Positions 38,627-51,734 of a stretch of DNA of 64,000 nucleotides are shown piece by piece. The position numbers and the translations under genes are program-made. Positions within the stretch are counted from its first letter, which is position 1; every line of letters begins with the position of its first letter. This stretch comes from Camelus ferus (taxonomy: Eukaryota), in the NCBI RefSeq assembly GCF_009834535.1, contig NC_045696.1, positions 85,190,001 through 85,254,000 on the forward strand, read 5' to 3'. The notes below the pieces were generated by a model that worked only from the letters and a program-made list of their open reading frames with translations, had not been told where the DNA came from and ran no database searches.

Positions 38627-40151
38627 AAACCAATATGCAGAGCGAGGGTACAATCAGATACATCCAGTTTCTCTTGCGGTTTCTTCTGCTCTGGGCCCTT
38701 GTTGGGAAGTCACATACTGAAGAAGACACCATAATTACCACCAAGAATGGAAGAGTCAGAGGGATGAACCTGCCAGTTCTTGGTGGCACAGTAACAGCCT
38801 TTCTTGGAATCCCCTATGCACAGCCACCTCTTGGCAGACTTCGATTCAGAAAGCCACAGTCCTTGACCAAATGGTCTGATATTTGGAATGCCACAAAGTA
38901 CGCAAATTCTTGCTGTCAGAAAACAGATCAAAGTTTCCCAGGCTTCCTTGGATCCGAGATGTGGAACCCAAACACTGACCTCAGTGAAGACTGTTTATAT
39001 CTGAATGTGTGGGTTCCAGCACCTAAACCAAAAAATGCGACTGTAATGGTATGGATCTACGGTGGGAGTTTTCAGACTGGAACATCATCTTTACATGTTT
39101 ATGATGGCAAGTTTTTGGCGCGGGTTGAAAGAGTTATCGTGGTTTCAATGAACTACAGGGTGGGGGCCCTGGGCTTCTTGGCCTTACCAGGAAATCCTGA
39201 AGCACCAGGGAACATGGGCTTATTTGATCAACAGTTGGCACTTCAGTGGGTCCAAAAAAACATAGCAGCCTTTGGTGGAAATCCTAAAAGTGTCACTCTC
39301 TTTGGAGAAAGTGCAGGAGCAGCTTCAGTTAGCTTTCATTTACTTTCTCCTAGAAGCCACCCTCTGTTCAGCAGAGCCATCCTGCAAAGTGGATCGTCTA
39401 ACGCCCCTTGGGCAGTGACATCTCCTTATGAAGCTAGGAACAGAACATTGACCTTAGCTAAGTTTATTGGTTGCTCTAGAGAAAATGAGACTGAGATTAT
39501 CAAATGTCTTCGAAATAAAGATCCCCAGGATATTCTTCTGAATGAAGTATTTGTTGTTCCCTATGATATGCTCTTGTCAGTAAACTTTGGTCCAACTGTC
39601 GATGGTGATTTTCTCACTGACATGCCAGGCACACTACTCCAACTTGGACAGTTCAAAAAAACCCAGATCTTGGTGGGTGTTAATAAAGACGAAGGGACAG
39701 CATTTTTAGTATATGGTGCTCCTGGTTTCAGCAAAGATAACAACAGTATTATAAGTAGAAAAGAATTTCAAGAAGGTTTAAAAATATTTTTCCCAGGAGT
39801 GAGTGCATTTGGAAAGGAATCAATCCTTTTCCACTACATGGACTGGTTAGATGATCAGAGAGCTGAAAACTACCGTGAAGCCTTGGATGATGTTGTTGGG
39901 GATTATAACATTATATGCCCTGCCTTGGAGTTCACCAAAAAGTTCTCAGAAATGGGGAATAATGCCTTCTTCTACTATTTTGAACACCGATCCTCCAAAC
40001 TCCCTTGGCCAGAATGGATGGGAGTGATGCATGGTTATGAGATTGAATTTGTCTTTGGTTTACCTCTGGAAAGAAGAGTTAATTACACAAAAGCTGAGGA
40101 AATTTTGAGTAGATCCATTATGAAACGTTGGGCAAATTTTGCAAAATATGG
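38627..40151 (+). other. BCHE: BCHE exon 2 (1525 bp)
   Basis: Acceptor CTTACCTCTTTTTCAG|AAACCAATATG (AG 38625-38626) and donor GTAAGT at 40152. The length equals the 1525 bp I recall for human exon 2. Confidence 0.96.
38635..40151 (+). CDS. BCHE: Butyrylcholinesterase, coding part of exon 2 (28-aa signal peptide plus mature residues 1 to ~478); CDS continues in exons outside the window
   Basis: Translation has the signal peptide ending GKSHT, mature start [30 protein letters not shown] (Ser198 39310-39312), NKDEG (Glu325 39691-39693), [10 protein letters not shown] (His438 40030-40032), W82, D70, and BChE-type L286/V288/A328. The exon ends at a phase-2 donor GG|GTAAGT (GT 40152-40153). Confidence 0.99.
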
Positions 40152-41239
40152 GTAAGTGCCAATTTTTGTAATTGTTCTCATTGAGTTTTGCTTGTTTTGT
40201 TTTGCTGAGCTTTGCCTGGTCTCCAGTATAGACTTCATTAAAGGGACACACACATTTTGATTATTTCTTCTCTTCATAGCTTAAGCTGGTTTTGTTTTTT
40301 ATTATGTAGTGCATTTCAATTCCTTGCATCAGAGTGCTTAAAAGAAATAATCAAAGAACTCTTATGAAAAATATTTTCTGATTTCATTTCCAAAATACTG
40401 CAAAGTACTTTAACAATGTTAGTCAACATTTATATGAAAATAGATGTTTACCTCGAGAACTAAAATTGCAACCATGCTGTTTAACCTGAAAGTTGAGAAT
40501 GTTCACATGTTTAGGAAAGAGTAGGAATATATCTCTTGTTCTCATGCACTGACGCAGTGGGACATTGGTACCCGATACACAAAGAAGCACATGCCTGCTC
40601 AGGAAAATCAAACGACAAATGGTGATAAGGTTGATCCTCAGATTACCCAAAATACAGAGTTGCCATTTTATCATTTTTTTATTCCCTAACACATTTGTTT
40701 AGAGCTTTCGTGTAACCTGGGTTGGAAAAGAGCTACAAGGTTCCTCTTGTTTAGCTAAGCTATTTTCTACTTGAGTGGTCCTAAGGGGACATATAATCAG
40801 AGACGTTACAAAAGAACATATTCTCCCTTATATGTTGTAAGTATTGTGATGTTCTGTTGTCAATAGGCAGAAGAAAATAATCTCTGAATATATTTTCTAT
40901 TTTTTTATATTTTATGTGTATATAAAACAAAGTTTTTTTCACTATGCTTCTAACCCCAAATTGAATTTTATGCATTGGAATAATTTGTATCAATGAGAAT
41001 AACTAAAAAATAGAAATGTGGGCATCTCTTTCTTTAAAAGTGGTTACACAAACTCACAAACTGGTTGATGTGCTAATCCAATCCATCATCTTGTCTTTCA
41101 TAATTGAAAAGAATGTTGAAAACGATATTGCTTTCTGGTTTTCTTTTCTGTCTTCCATTTGGAATTCATGGTCCTCCATGTTACTGTATGTATGTTTCTA
41201 CAAAGTACTTGTGTGGTATAATTCTTCTGAAAAATTTTC

Positions 41240-41697
41240 ACACTTATTCGCTGGGTGTAAAGCTAAAATTCTTCCACCTGACATTAATCTTGACATTGAT
41301 CCTCTGTGATCTTACTGCAACTCAAATCCCCCATACCCAGCTGTTTGGTAGATCAGCTATCTCATTAAGACCAAAGATTCCAAGCTTACACTTCAGAGCC
41401 TTGTTCTTGCTCTGTGCTCTGCTTAGAAGGTTTACTTCTCTTTACTACTTCGTTAAGATTTTGACCAACTACATGTTTCATATGGCATATCTTTGATTCC
41501 TAGAGCTGTAATTGCCCCAGACCTCTTTTTCACTCTCACAGAAGTCACTGACTGTCACTTGTCTATAGGCTGTCTTTCATTATATTCTGAAACTGGCTTC
41601 TTGAGAAAGAAGTTATGGTTTTATTGGATACTCATTAAAGTATTGACATTGGTATATGTCACACTTAACAAATATTTGGTTAATGATTGAATGAGTA
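41240..41697 (+). mobile_element. L2 3' region
   Basis: Ends CACTTAACAAATATTTGGTTAATGATTGAATGAG, like the L2 tail. Confidence 0.6.
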
Positions 41698-42561
41698 AAA
41701 GCCAGTATGAGTAAAAAATATTTTTTCAAGATATGAGGGCTATTATATTATTTGCAGCTGTGCAATTTCTTATTCTTATCCCTTCTCAACATCAGCCTAA
41801 ATTTCTGCTTAAGAAGGATCATCTAATTTCTAGAGCTGTGTTAGAATTACTTATATTTTACTCTGTTCTCTCCCTAAAGGCATAGCCAATCATTTGAATA
41901 TGTTTTTAATTCTTTCTTGCAATTCTAGAGATTGTCAGTAATTTAAGGGGAAGTATTTCTTAAAATTATTGATGTTTGTAATTTTTAAAGGACTTCATAT
42001 TTTGCATGTTTAAATCATCAAGGAATTTCTATTTTCTCATGTCACGGTGGAGAACCTGACAACCAGATGTGGTAAATGCAATTTTTATGGCACACAGAGA
42101 GCAACAGATCAAAGAAGATAATATTTGACACTTGATAGGATAATGGATTGTTTAATCCTAATCTGCTTCTATGATTAGCATATTTTAATGGGAAATAAAT
42201 GAAGGTTGACACATTTTAATTATAATGATAAATGCATATAAACAAAGTTATAAACCATAAAGATTAAAGTAAACTTTTCAAAGTAGTTTAGCCATAGCAA
42301 GATGTCATTTTAGTTGGTGAGTTTCTTTATACTCCATATTTGCACAGTTGAACAGAGGTAATAAGAGCATGTCATGTATGTTGAGAGTTGACTTGATGGC
42401 AAACATAATGTTAATCTCCTGGTGTGCATTGTCTTTTTTCAGAATAGACCTAAGAATAAATATAGACACTTAGAATGATTAAGTAAACTTCATGGAAGCA
42501 GGGAGTTTAAGTGTTAGGTTTGGAAATCTACCCACATTTGACCACAAACATGATGTTCTAA

Positions 42562-42783
42562 CTGTGGTTCTCAACCCAGCGCGATTCTTCCTCTTGGTTC
42601 CCCTCCACTGCTCTTACCAGGGACGTTTAACAATGTCTGGAGTTATTTGTGTGTCACTGCTGGGAGTTGGGGAGCCACCGAGGCCAGGGATGCTGCTAAA
42701 CATCTTACAATGCACAGGACAGCCCCCAGCAGCAGCGAATTCTTCATTCCAAATGTCAGTAACGCCAAGATTGAGAAACTGCA
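42562..42783 (+). mobile_element. MER20 (hAT-Charlie)
   Basis: GTGGTTCTCAACC...GAGGCCAGGGATGCTGCTAAACATCTTACAATGCACAGGACAGCCCCC...TTGAGAAAC. Confidence 0.92.
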
Positions 42784-42974
42784 GGTTTTTACTGCCACAT
42801 AACCCCATAATGACACATTGAGAAAATAAAAAAGTAGAACTAAGAGTTGCAATTATCATTCAGTAAAATGAGTTTTCAAGTTCATGGGTCATAAATTGTT
42901 TTAATAAATTTTTCTTCTTAAATAATAAGTTTAGTGTATATTGTATTTCTCATTAGGATTAACTTCAAAATAAT

Positions 42975-44645
42975 TTTGAAGTTTTCTTTGTGGTTTTTTT
43001 TTTTTTTGGTTAATTGATTGTTTAGTTGTCTCTTATTTAACTTCCAAATATTTGGATAATTACTAGATATCTTGTTGTAGATTTATGATTTAATTTGGTT
43101 CTCAGAGGAGACTCTACTCTGTAAGATTTTCCACTTTGAAATATATTGAGAATTATTTTATGACCCAGCATATGATCCATATAGGTGATTATTTTATGTG
43201 CTCTTGAAAAGGATGTGTGTTCTTTGATTATTTGGTGCAGTGTATTCTGTAAATTAATTAGTTCATGGTGGCTCAGGTCTTTTACTATTCTTCCTAGTAT
43301 TTTTGTCTACTTGTTTTAAATACTGAGAAGGGTATTCCACATCTTCAACTATAGTTGTGGTTTTACTTATTTCCCCATTTAGTTCTGCTAATTTGCCTTT
43401 TAGTATTTTAAATCTATACTATTAATTTTGTGCACATTTAGGATTATTTATTCTGATTGACTGCTTTATCATTATGAAATCTCTCTCTTTGTCCTGAAGT
43501 TGGCTTTGCCTAATATTAAGATAGATACATCAAGTTTCCCATGCTTAAGTTTGAGTAATATATTTTGTTCCATCCTTTTATTACAATCCACCTATATTTT
43601 TAAAAAAAATCTTACAGTTGATGTGATTAATCTATTTGACATTTAATGTAATTATCAATATGTTTTGTTTAAATCTACCATCTCGGAATTTTTAAAATTT
43701 TTATTGAAGTATGGGTTATTTGCAATGTTGTGTTAGTCTCAGGTGTACAGCAAAGTGATTCAGTTTTATATATATATATATAGTTTTGCCTTTAATTTTT
43801 TCCCCCAGGGTTTGCTTTAATGCTAACAATTGTTTCTGTAACTTGTAACTGTCTACTTAGAGTTAATATTGAAGCACTTTGTGCTTTGCAACTGACATTT
43901 CCCACTTTCAGAACAATTCATGTTTCCCATTTTCCATTTCACTGGTACAACTCACAGATGTAACAAACAATATAGTTTCATGTATTCTCCAACTTTTTTA
44001 TATTGTTGTCATATGTTTATACAATGTATAGTATAAAATCCTTCCTACATGTTATTTGCTTTATACAATCAATTATATTAATGCACATTCATAAAAGAAA
44101 AGAAAAATAATCTTTTATGTTTACCCGTGTGTATACCATTTCCAATGTTCTTTGCTCTTTCCTGTGGATTCTAGTTTTCATCTGGCAACATTTCCCTTGG
44201 TGCTGGAGAACATCCTGTAGGATTTCTCATTGTGCAGGTTGGCTACTTTCAAATTCTCTCACCTTTCTTTTATCTGAAAATACCTTCCTTTATTTGACTT
44301 CGATTGAACTATTTTTTTTTCTTTTTTAAAATCACAGGGAGACCTGTCCCATAGATTCTGGTTTCTTCTATATCCCTCAACTCTTATTTCTGTCTTTTAA
44401 CCTTAGTGTTAGGCTCAAGCTCCCTGCATCCTGGACAACAAAGTGTCCTCACGTGAATAACCACAGTAAACATGGACTCACCTTAAAGTTCCCCTTCTCT
44501 CAAACATCATAGACTTGTACTATGTGGTATCCAGTTCTTGAAACATATTGCCTTGGTTTTTCTTGTTTTGTTTTGTTTGTTTTGGTCCAGAAAATAATTG
44601 TTTATGGGGGGGAAGTCAATCCAGTTTCAATTACTCCATCATGGA
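42975..44645 (-). mobile_element. Old L1M fragments (5' ORF2 region and upstream), antisense to BCHE
   Basis: T-rich; TTTTATGACCCAGCATATG...GTGCTCTTGAAAAGGATGTGTGTTCT...TCTTCAACTATAGTTGTGG. Confidence 0.75.
43689..43782 (-). mobile_element. Short artiodactyl-type L1 3' tip nested in old L1
   Basis: TTTATTGAAGTAT...AATGTTGTGTTAGTCTCAGGTGTACAGCAAAGTGATTCAGTT is the reverse complement of the L1 end type at ~19180-19250. Confidence 0.85.
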
Positions 44646-45414
44646 TGAAGATGAAAACCCAACCCCTCCCTGCATTTGTGCTTTAAGAGAATCTTAAAAG
44701 ATCTTGCCAATTTCTAAGATTATATAAAAAACCTTTTTAATTTGACTTCTTGGCAAAAATAAAGAAAACATTATCATATGAAAGCTCTAAATGGTATTCA
44801 AATTTGGTATCTTTAGTTGCAGTGTTTGAGATTTCTTCCAAAATTGAAGCCACAGTATAATTTATGCCTTTGCTAATTGGAGTTACCACCTCTATGTACT
44901 TTACTTGCTCCTGCTTTTCCCTCAATCCCATCTCTAAAAACGAATTTAAAGCCTTACGCAAAAAGCAGACAGGTCCATATGTGCATCACGTCCAGTATTC
45001 TAGGAGACTATGTGTTGAAATACCAATATAACATATATCCATCAATTATTTATCCAGTCAGTAACTTGATGACCAGTAGATTAAATTAGCCAGCCCTTAA
45101 TGACATATTTTCAGCACTACCCCAGTAATACAGGAAGTTGGTGAAATCAAACTTGATTTGTCAGAGAGATGAGAACAGCTAAAGAAGGAAAATAATCCAA
45201 AATGCATTTAGTAGCATAATGTCAGAGAGAGGAGGATCATGGTTCCAGGACCTCTCCAGTTGCCTCTGCTGTTGCAGAGCACCTTTTATTTACTGTATCC
45301 TCTCTGGGTGCTACACTCAGAGCTCCCTGAGTGCACAACTTCAAGGGGAGCCATTCACAGTGCAGTCACGCAGTCTCCCCCATCCTAAGTGATAGCCTTG
45401 AGGCGTCCAGTGTT

Positions 45415-45540
45415 CATCTTCTATAGATCCTTTGTATATAACCTTAAGCAAGTTATTTAAAATTCCTTACTGTTTTTCCTTATCTGTAAAGTGGGGCTAT
45501 AAATATATCTCCCTTACTGACACATTGAAATAAAGTTTAA
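45415..45540 (+). mobile_element. MIR fragment
   Basis: ACCTTAAGCAAGTTATTTAA...TTTCCTTATCTGTAAAGTGGGG. Confidence 0.75.
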
Positions 45541-46029
45541 TATCAACAGAAAATTGCATTTCTCATTTTCTTTTAAAATTTTCAATTTTTTTCCCTACCA
45601 GGCATAAACTACTTCACTCTATTCTTACCTAAGATTAAACTTGGCTTCCTCCCAAAAATGCACAATTGTTTAATTTCCTGGCTCAACATTAATCAAGCAC
45701 ACTTTCAAATAAATAAAGGTAAACTGCAAAATTGAGGCAATTAATGTGCTTCTGTCTTTTTGGTGAGAATTCATTTATTCAGAGACCCATCTGAACTGGT
45801 TAATGTTTCCTAACTCATTTTTTTTTGAGCCAGAAATAAATTATATGACACAAGTCCCTTTTATTATTTCCTGTTTTGATATCATGACACCAATAAGTTA
45901 CTTAACAAAGTATTTTTAAGTAACTTTACAGCAGTGCACCTGCTGCCATTCTCATGTACTTTATTATTTATTCCCTTACAGTGTAAGGGATTTTATCACA
46001 GAAGTAACGCTTTATTAAATAGTAACAAA

Positions 46030-46225
46030 TATACATTACTAAACTTTCAGTCCCTTGGCTCACTGATCTGTAAAAAGGAAATAAGAACAGTTCTTGATAT
46101 TTGTACTGAAAGTAGGTGAGCTTAAATGAAATGCTAAGCCATAATTTCTTAGTGCACAAGATTTTTTGGAATAATTGGGAGAATGTAAAATAGACATGCC
46201 TCTGAGTGCTAAATTGTAAATGCAA
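46030..46225 (+). mobile_element. MIR fragment
   Basis: ATCTGTAAAAAGGAAATAAGAACAG...GTGAGCTTAAATGA. Confidence 0.55.
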
Positions 46226-48839
46226 TCATCAGAAAGTACAGATTTGCCAGGTTTCTAAAGCAATGAACTTTATTGCTGTATTCCAGTAATATAGAGGAAG
46301 GGTGTTTCATATGCATTGCTCTAACTTCACTATACTGGTAGGAATGACTTAATAATAATTCATTTTCTAATATTTATAATGCCAAGTTGATTTAATAATA
46401 TTTGGTGTTAAATAGGTATATTTCGATCGTGTTTATTTATAAATGACACAAGAAATAAAGTGATTGAAATAACATTTCAACCCCACTTATTTTTCAGACA
46501 AGTGTATTTTCTTTGTGTGCTCTTTTTTTCCTTCTTCTGGGATCATTTTAAGTTTTCAAAAGGTAATAGAAAAACTGAAGAAAAGTGGAAGAAATGGTAA
46601 GTGGAGGGCCACTGCTCCTTCACACTGCAGCTCTGTGTAGGAACCTAGCATGCGTCTGTTCTCATTTTATAGAGTTTGTGCAAATCCTTTCACCAAGAAA
46701 TTCATTTTCAAATTACACTTGAATTTATTTTTAATCATATTTTTCAACTTAGAATAAGTATTCTAAAACTTAATTACAACACACCTCTTCATAAGTGATG
46801 TCTTAAATAAACCAAAAGGGTAGCAGTTAAAGATAGGTTTAAAGTGAACACTGACAAAGCGTGAAGTATATGGATGCTAATATTAGAATGAAAGTTTGCT
46901 GAAATGATGACACTATCTAACATTTTCTGATGAGAAGAGTGTGGGCCATGGAAGAAAAGTGAATTGGAGCTAACAGGTGACAGAACAAAGATTAACCAAG
47001 ACTCCAGACTATTAGCTTCCATTTCCTCCTATCATCCATTCACCAGGCTGCCTTCACCATGAATTATTGAAAGCAGTCATTAAATATGCTTAGGAAATGC
47101 ATTTGGTTGCAAACTTACAATTTTAACGTGTTAGCATACTGATACCTGCCTGGTTAATGGTACAGAGGTCAGGGCAGAGAACAGACTAAAATTAGACATC
47201 CTGACATGCAGAGACAAGTTTAAGTTTGTGAAACACTGTCATCTGGCCATCTAGTCCAATTATCATCAGGCTTATAATTAGATTTCCTGACAGATAATAG
47301 TTCATGTGGTTTCCAGATTGAAGAAAAAAGTCCTTACCCTCTGATTCTGTAATTATTTGTGGTACATTATCATAATTAACCTAACTGAAACATTTTGATG
47401 ACTTTACAAAAGGGTCAGGGTTCAAATCCCCTAGGATTTATTTTATTATTATCATGACAGCATCAATGTTCAATTGCTTCAGATCCTTTCCTCCCACTTA
47501 GGAATTAGGTGAGAAATTTGTAAGGACTAAAACAGTAAATGTTAGCTGCAGTGTTCCTATAAATGACCTTAAGTTTAACAAATAGAATATAAATGTAGGT
47601 GAAAAAAATACAAGCATTAGTGTAACTTATTTGAAAAGGTAGAATTATGTTATGGGAGAAGTTAAAATGTGAATATGATCACTTGCAAAACCATTTCCCA
47701 GTGCAGCAATATTTTACTCTCAGTGACAGTGGAACAAAGAGAAACACCCAGAATCCCCAAAGGGCTACTACATCTATGAAATAACTACAAAACTAAAATA
47801 TCGTTGGCTAAGTGTTTTGAAATACTCTATCACAGCAAAGAAGGAGAAAACAAATGTTTCTGTAGTATAAGGGTCTCGTTAAAACATGGGAAATCATACT
47901 TGTAGGATCCATTTACTTGGAAATAATTTAGTGGGGTTTGTTCTCTGTGTTTTCCCAAAGTTTTCCTTGTATTTGGAAACAAAATTATAACATTCAGTCC
48001 ACTTGTAAATTTTAAGTTCAATCTCAAATTAGAATTAATCCATCAATTATTTTTGAAAAATCAGAGTCATTTTCAGGACTACGTATATAAATGCAATACT
48101 TCAAATACATGTCAGATACAAAATAATAACTTCATATTTCATTCAGTAACAAAATGCAGTAAGCAAAATATGACTTTAAATATTTGGCTGTAGAAAATAC
48201 TGTATTTTTCTGATTTCCACAATCAAATGTGATTTAAATGTATTTCGTTAGATTGATGAGTTCCCAGAAATTATTCTTGCACCAATTTTCCTTCCCAGTC
48301 AATAACACTCAAGATTAGAGTAGTAAAAAGCATGATTCTAGTCTTTTAAGTTTTCTGTGTGTTAATAGCCTGCCTGGACACCTTCACATTAGCATGATAG
48401 GTACTATTAACCTGACAGGATAATCTATAGGTTTATTATACCTGAAATGTGAATATTAACTTGTCTCCAGACCTCAGTTATATAAAAGCAAGTAAGTCTA
48501 TGTCTCATACAAATTAAATTGAATCACTTTAGGTGTATCATTCTCTAAACTTGATATCAAAATAATATTTATTTTATGACTAGAGTTAAATATTGATTAC
48601 AAAAAATATATCTTATCTGATAAACCACTATAAGCCAATGATACCACAAGTGTTAGAATTTCATGTTTTTCTTAAAAACCATAGTTCCCATCATGCTTTC
48701 ATTAGTTTGATAATGTTTCTGGAAGTAGAAAAAAATTACATGTTTTATCAAATTCTTTGTAATAGAAATCTACATCTCTTACAGAGTCCTTCCTAACCAC
48801 ACGTTAAAATTTTTTGTATAGATGGGTCATAGATTATGG

Positions 48840-50490
48840 TGATTTGTTTATTCATTCTTCCATCTAGTCATTCAACAGATATATTTGAAGTCTATATGCA
48901 CCAAATATTACCTGGGTGATGTCAATACAACAGTAATAAAAAAATATCCAGGGAAAGAAAGAAAAGAACAAAGAGGAAAATGTTGGGGGGGAAAAAATCA
49001 CAGAGAAAGTTTCTACCTTCAGGGGCCTAATCTAGTAGAATGAGAGAGACAATAAACAGATACATAGTATGTCCCATAGTGATCAGAGCTCTGAGGAAAT
49101 ATTAAGCAGAGTTAGAGGCTTAGAGCATGAAGTGAGTGGAATGTGAGATTATTTGTAGGGTTGTGATGAAAAGCCTCTCACAAAGTTATATTAGAGCCAA
49201 GTGACAGAGTGAATCATGTGGCTATCCAGGAGAGAAATACTGTGTGGATATCTTGGGGAAAAAGTGTTCTCAGAAGAGAAAGCAGCAAGGACGTGCCCTA
49301 AGACTGAAAGCTTTAGGATGTTGCAGGAACCCCAGGAAAGCTAGTCTATGTGAGGGTTGAGTGGTAGAAAGGAAAGTTAGAGAAGTACAGAGGGTCGAGA
49401 TGTATAGAATTTGGAGCTTAGATATGTTTTTTAGAATCTACTCTGAGTGGAACTGTAAGCCATGAAATATTTGGGGCAATTGACCCAAACTTTATAAGCA
49501 TCTCTCTGACTGGGAGGTAAATAAGGGCGAAGCAGAGAGAAGAGCTAGGAGGCTCAGACAGCAATCCAGGTGAGAAATGATGTCATGTTGGATTAGGTAT
49601 AAATGGAAAGGAATAGTCAGATTCAGGATATACTTTGAAAGAAGCTCTGACAGGGTTTGCTGATAGAGTGTCTGTGGGATATGAGAGGACAAGTGGAGAC
49701 AAGGATGCCCCAAGGTTTTTGACCTGAGCCATCAGGAGAACAGAGGTGGCATTTTCTGAGATAGGGATGACTGTGGGAGGATGTGGTTGGGAGTGTGTGG
49801 TCAAAAGTGCAGTTTAAAACATTTTAAGTTAAAGTGACTGTTTTGTGGACACTTGGGGCAATAAAAGAGCTATTCTGACACTGAAGTCTGAAATTCAAGA
49901 GTGAGGTAGAAGCTAGAGATATAAATATGGTATCTAACAACATGAAGATGGCATTTAGAGCCACGAGACAGGATTAGATCACTTACAGAGGCTGTAGACA
50001 GAGCAGATGCCTGAGCTCTCCAAGGTTAGATTTGGAGGCGGAAGAGTAAACAGCAGAGAGAATAAGTAGCCAATGATTTGAAAGGGCAACTAGGAGAACA
50101 AGATATCTCCCCAAGATCAAGGGAAGAAAGCATTTCAAGGAGAGAGTGAGTATCTGTATCAAATACAGGATAAGTATAATGAAACCTCTATGAAACTATA
50201 CATAAAGGGTTTGTGGGTTTGGAACTGTGGAGGTTATTGGTGACAAAATTATCTGATATTTCGATGGAATGGTGGGAATGAAAACCTTAATGGAGATTCA
50301 AAAGAGAATGGGAGGAGAAGAATCAGAAATTACCATTTGAATCACCTTTTGCAAAGAGCTTTACTTTTAAATGGAACAGGAAAATCGAATCAGGGAAAGT
50401 GGGGTCAAGAGAGAGCAGGAGGTTTTTTTGTTTTTACTTTTTTTTTAATGGGAGATATTGCAACATGTTTGTGTGCTGATGGGAATGGTA
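48840..50490 (-). mobile_element. Long L2 remnant (~1.6 kb)
   Basis: Starts TTTATTCATTC...CATTCAACAGATAT; contains CAATCCAGGTGAGAAATGATG and CAAGGATGCCCCAAGGTTTTTGACCTGAGC. Confidence 0.88.
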
Positions 50491-51302
50491 CAATGATTAA
50501 TGTGGCTAATTTGGTTTTGAGTCAGCATCATACTCATCTCCCTAATTTTATTCATTTATTTATTTATTTTATTTTCAGAAAACAATGCATCTAAATACAA
50601 TGCAAACACTTTGGTTAGAAATTAGGCTGTCAGTAACTTGGATTTTGCCAAGCACAAACTAAGGTGCTTCAAGAGATGGGAAGCAAAGGGAAAATAAACA
50701 AAATCACCACCTGAATATTCTGAACATTAGCAAAAAGCTATCATGAAATACTTCTTTGATTTTATTCCACAGAAAAGGTTGTATTTCATCCTTGGAACCT
50801 ATGGACTTATGATGTGTCCTCAATTCTAAAAGAATTATTCCTTTATTTTTTAAGACAAGAGACAAATCAGAAGCAGCAGTTTTCTGAGAGCATAAGACCG
50901 GAAGCAACAGAGCGGAGAGGTCACAGACTAGCAGCTAGACAGCAGCTGTGGGGATGGGGCAGGGGTGAGGCGGGGGGGGGGGGGATAATAACCTCTGATA
51001 TGCAAGGTCCTGTGAGTAGTGACAAAATGTTGACCCTGAGACCACAAAACATGTTACATCGTGCCTTCCATGGGTCCTTTAACATTCAGGGAAGTATTAT
51101 GCAATACCTGTTAGGAAAATTAATTTGTTAAAATAAAATGATCATGGTTATAATCAAAATAACTGAGCCCTTAAGGAATATGCCTCACACATGACCTATA
51201 AATAAGAATCATTAGCATATTATGTGGTCTGAATAGTCTTAAGAAGGTACTGACCGAGAAGCCTTTGGCCGAGCAATGTTAAGCCGACAGTATTGTTTGT
51301 AG

Positions 51303-51505
51303 TAATAATAACACCAGTAACAATTTATTGGCTGCTGACATGTGCTGGCTCTCTGCTTAGGGCTTCACTCTCCTTGTGCCAACTCTCTAAGGAAGTATGA
51401 TCACCATCAGCAGGTGGTGAAGAGGATACTGAGGCTTAAAGAGCTTAAGATGCTCAAAATTCCACAGCTATTAGTAAAAACCAGAGCTCCAATTTGAACC
51501 CTGTG
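51303..51505 (-). mobile_element. MIR
   Basis: ATTTATTGGCTGCTGACATGTGC...GAGGATACTGAGGCTTAAAGAG...ATTTGAACCC. Confidence 0.75.
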
Positions 51506-51619
51506 GTCTCATGGAGGAATTCAGGTACATCTTTCCTGGGTTTGCTCCTTCTCAATTAGAATTTTTGCGTACCAGTGGGAGAGGGAAAGAACAAATAATT
51601 GAATTTTTTTTTTTTTTGC

Positions 51620-51725
51620 CCTTATTTTCCTTGTCTGTAATAAGGGAGTACTAATATTAATTTCCTGGGTTGTCATGGAAATTGGAGAAACTACATGTAA
51701 AATGCCTAACATATTTCCAGATACA
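51620..51725 (+). mobile_element. MIR fragment
   Basis: TTTCCTTGTCTGTAATAAGGGAGTACTAAT...GGGTTGTCATG...ATGTAAAATGCCTAAC. Confidence 0.7.
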
Positions 51726-51734
51726 CTCTACGAG

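Noticed and set aside
38635..38718. Arg in the signal-peptide hydrophobic core as a secretion defect
   Set aside because: A hydrophobic run and the SHT cleavage site remain, and I recall a similar Arg in horse BChE.
40152..40155. 506-aa ORF as a complete or truncated cholinesterase
   Set aside because: The TAA lies in the GTAAGT donor at the conserved exon 2 boundary, so this is intron read-through and not a nonsense mutation or pseudogene.
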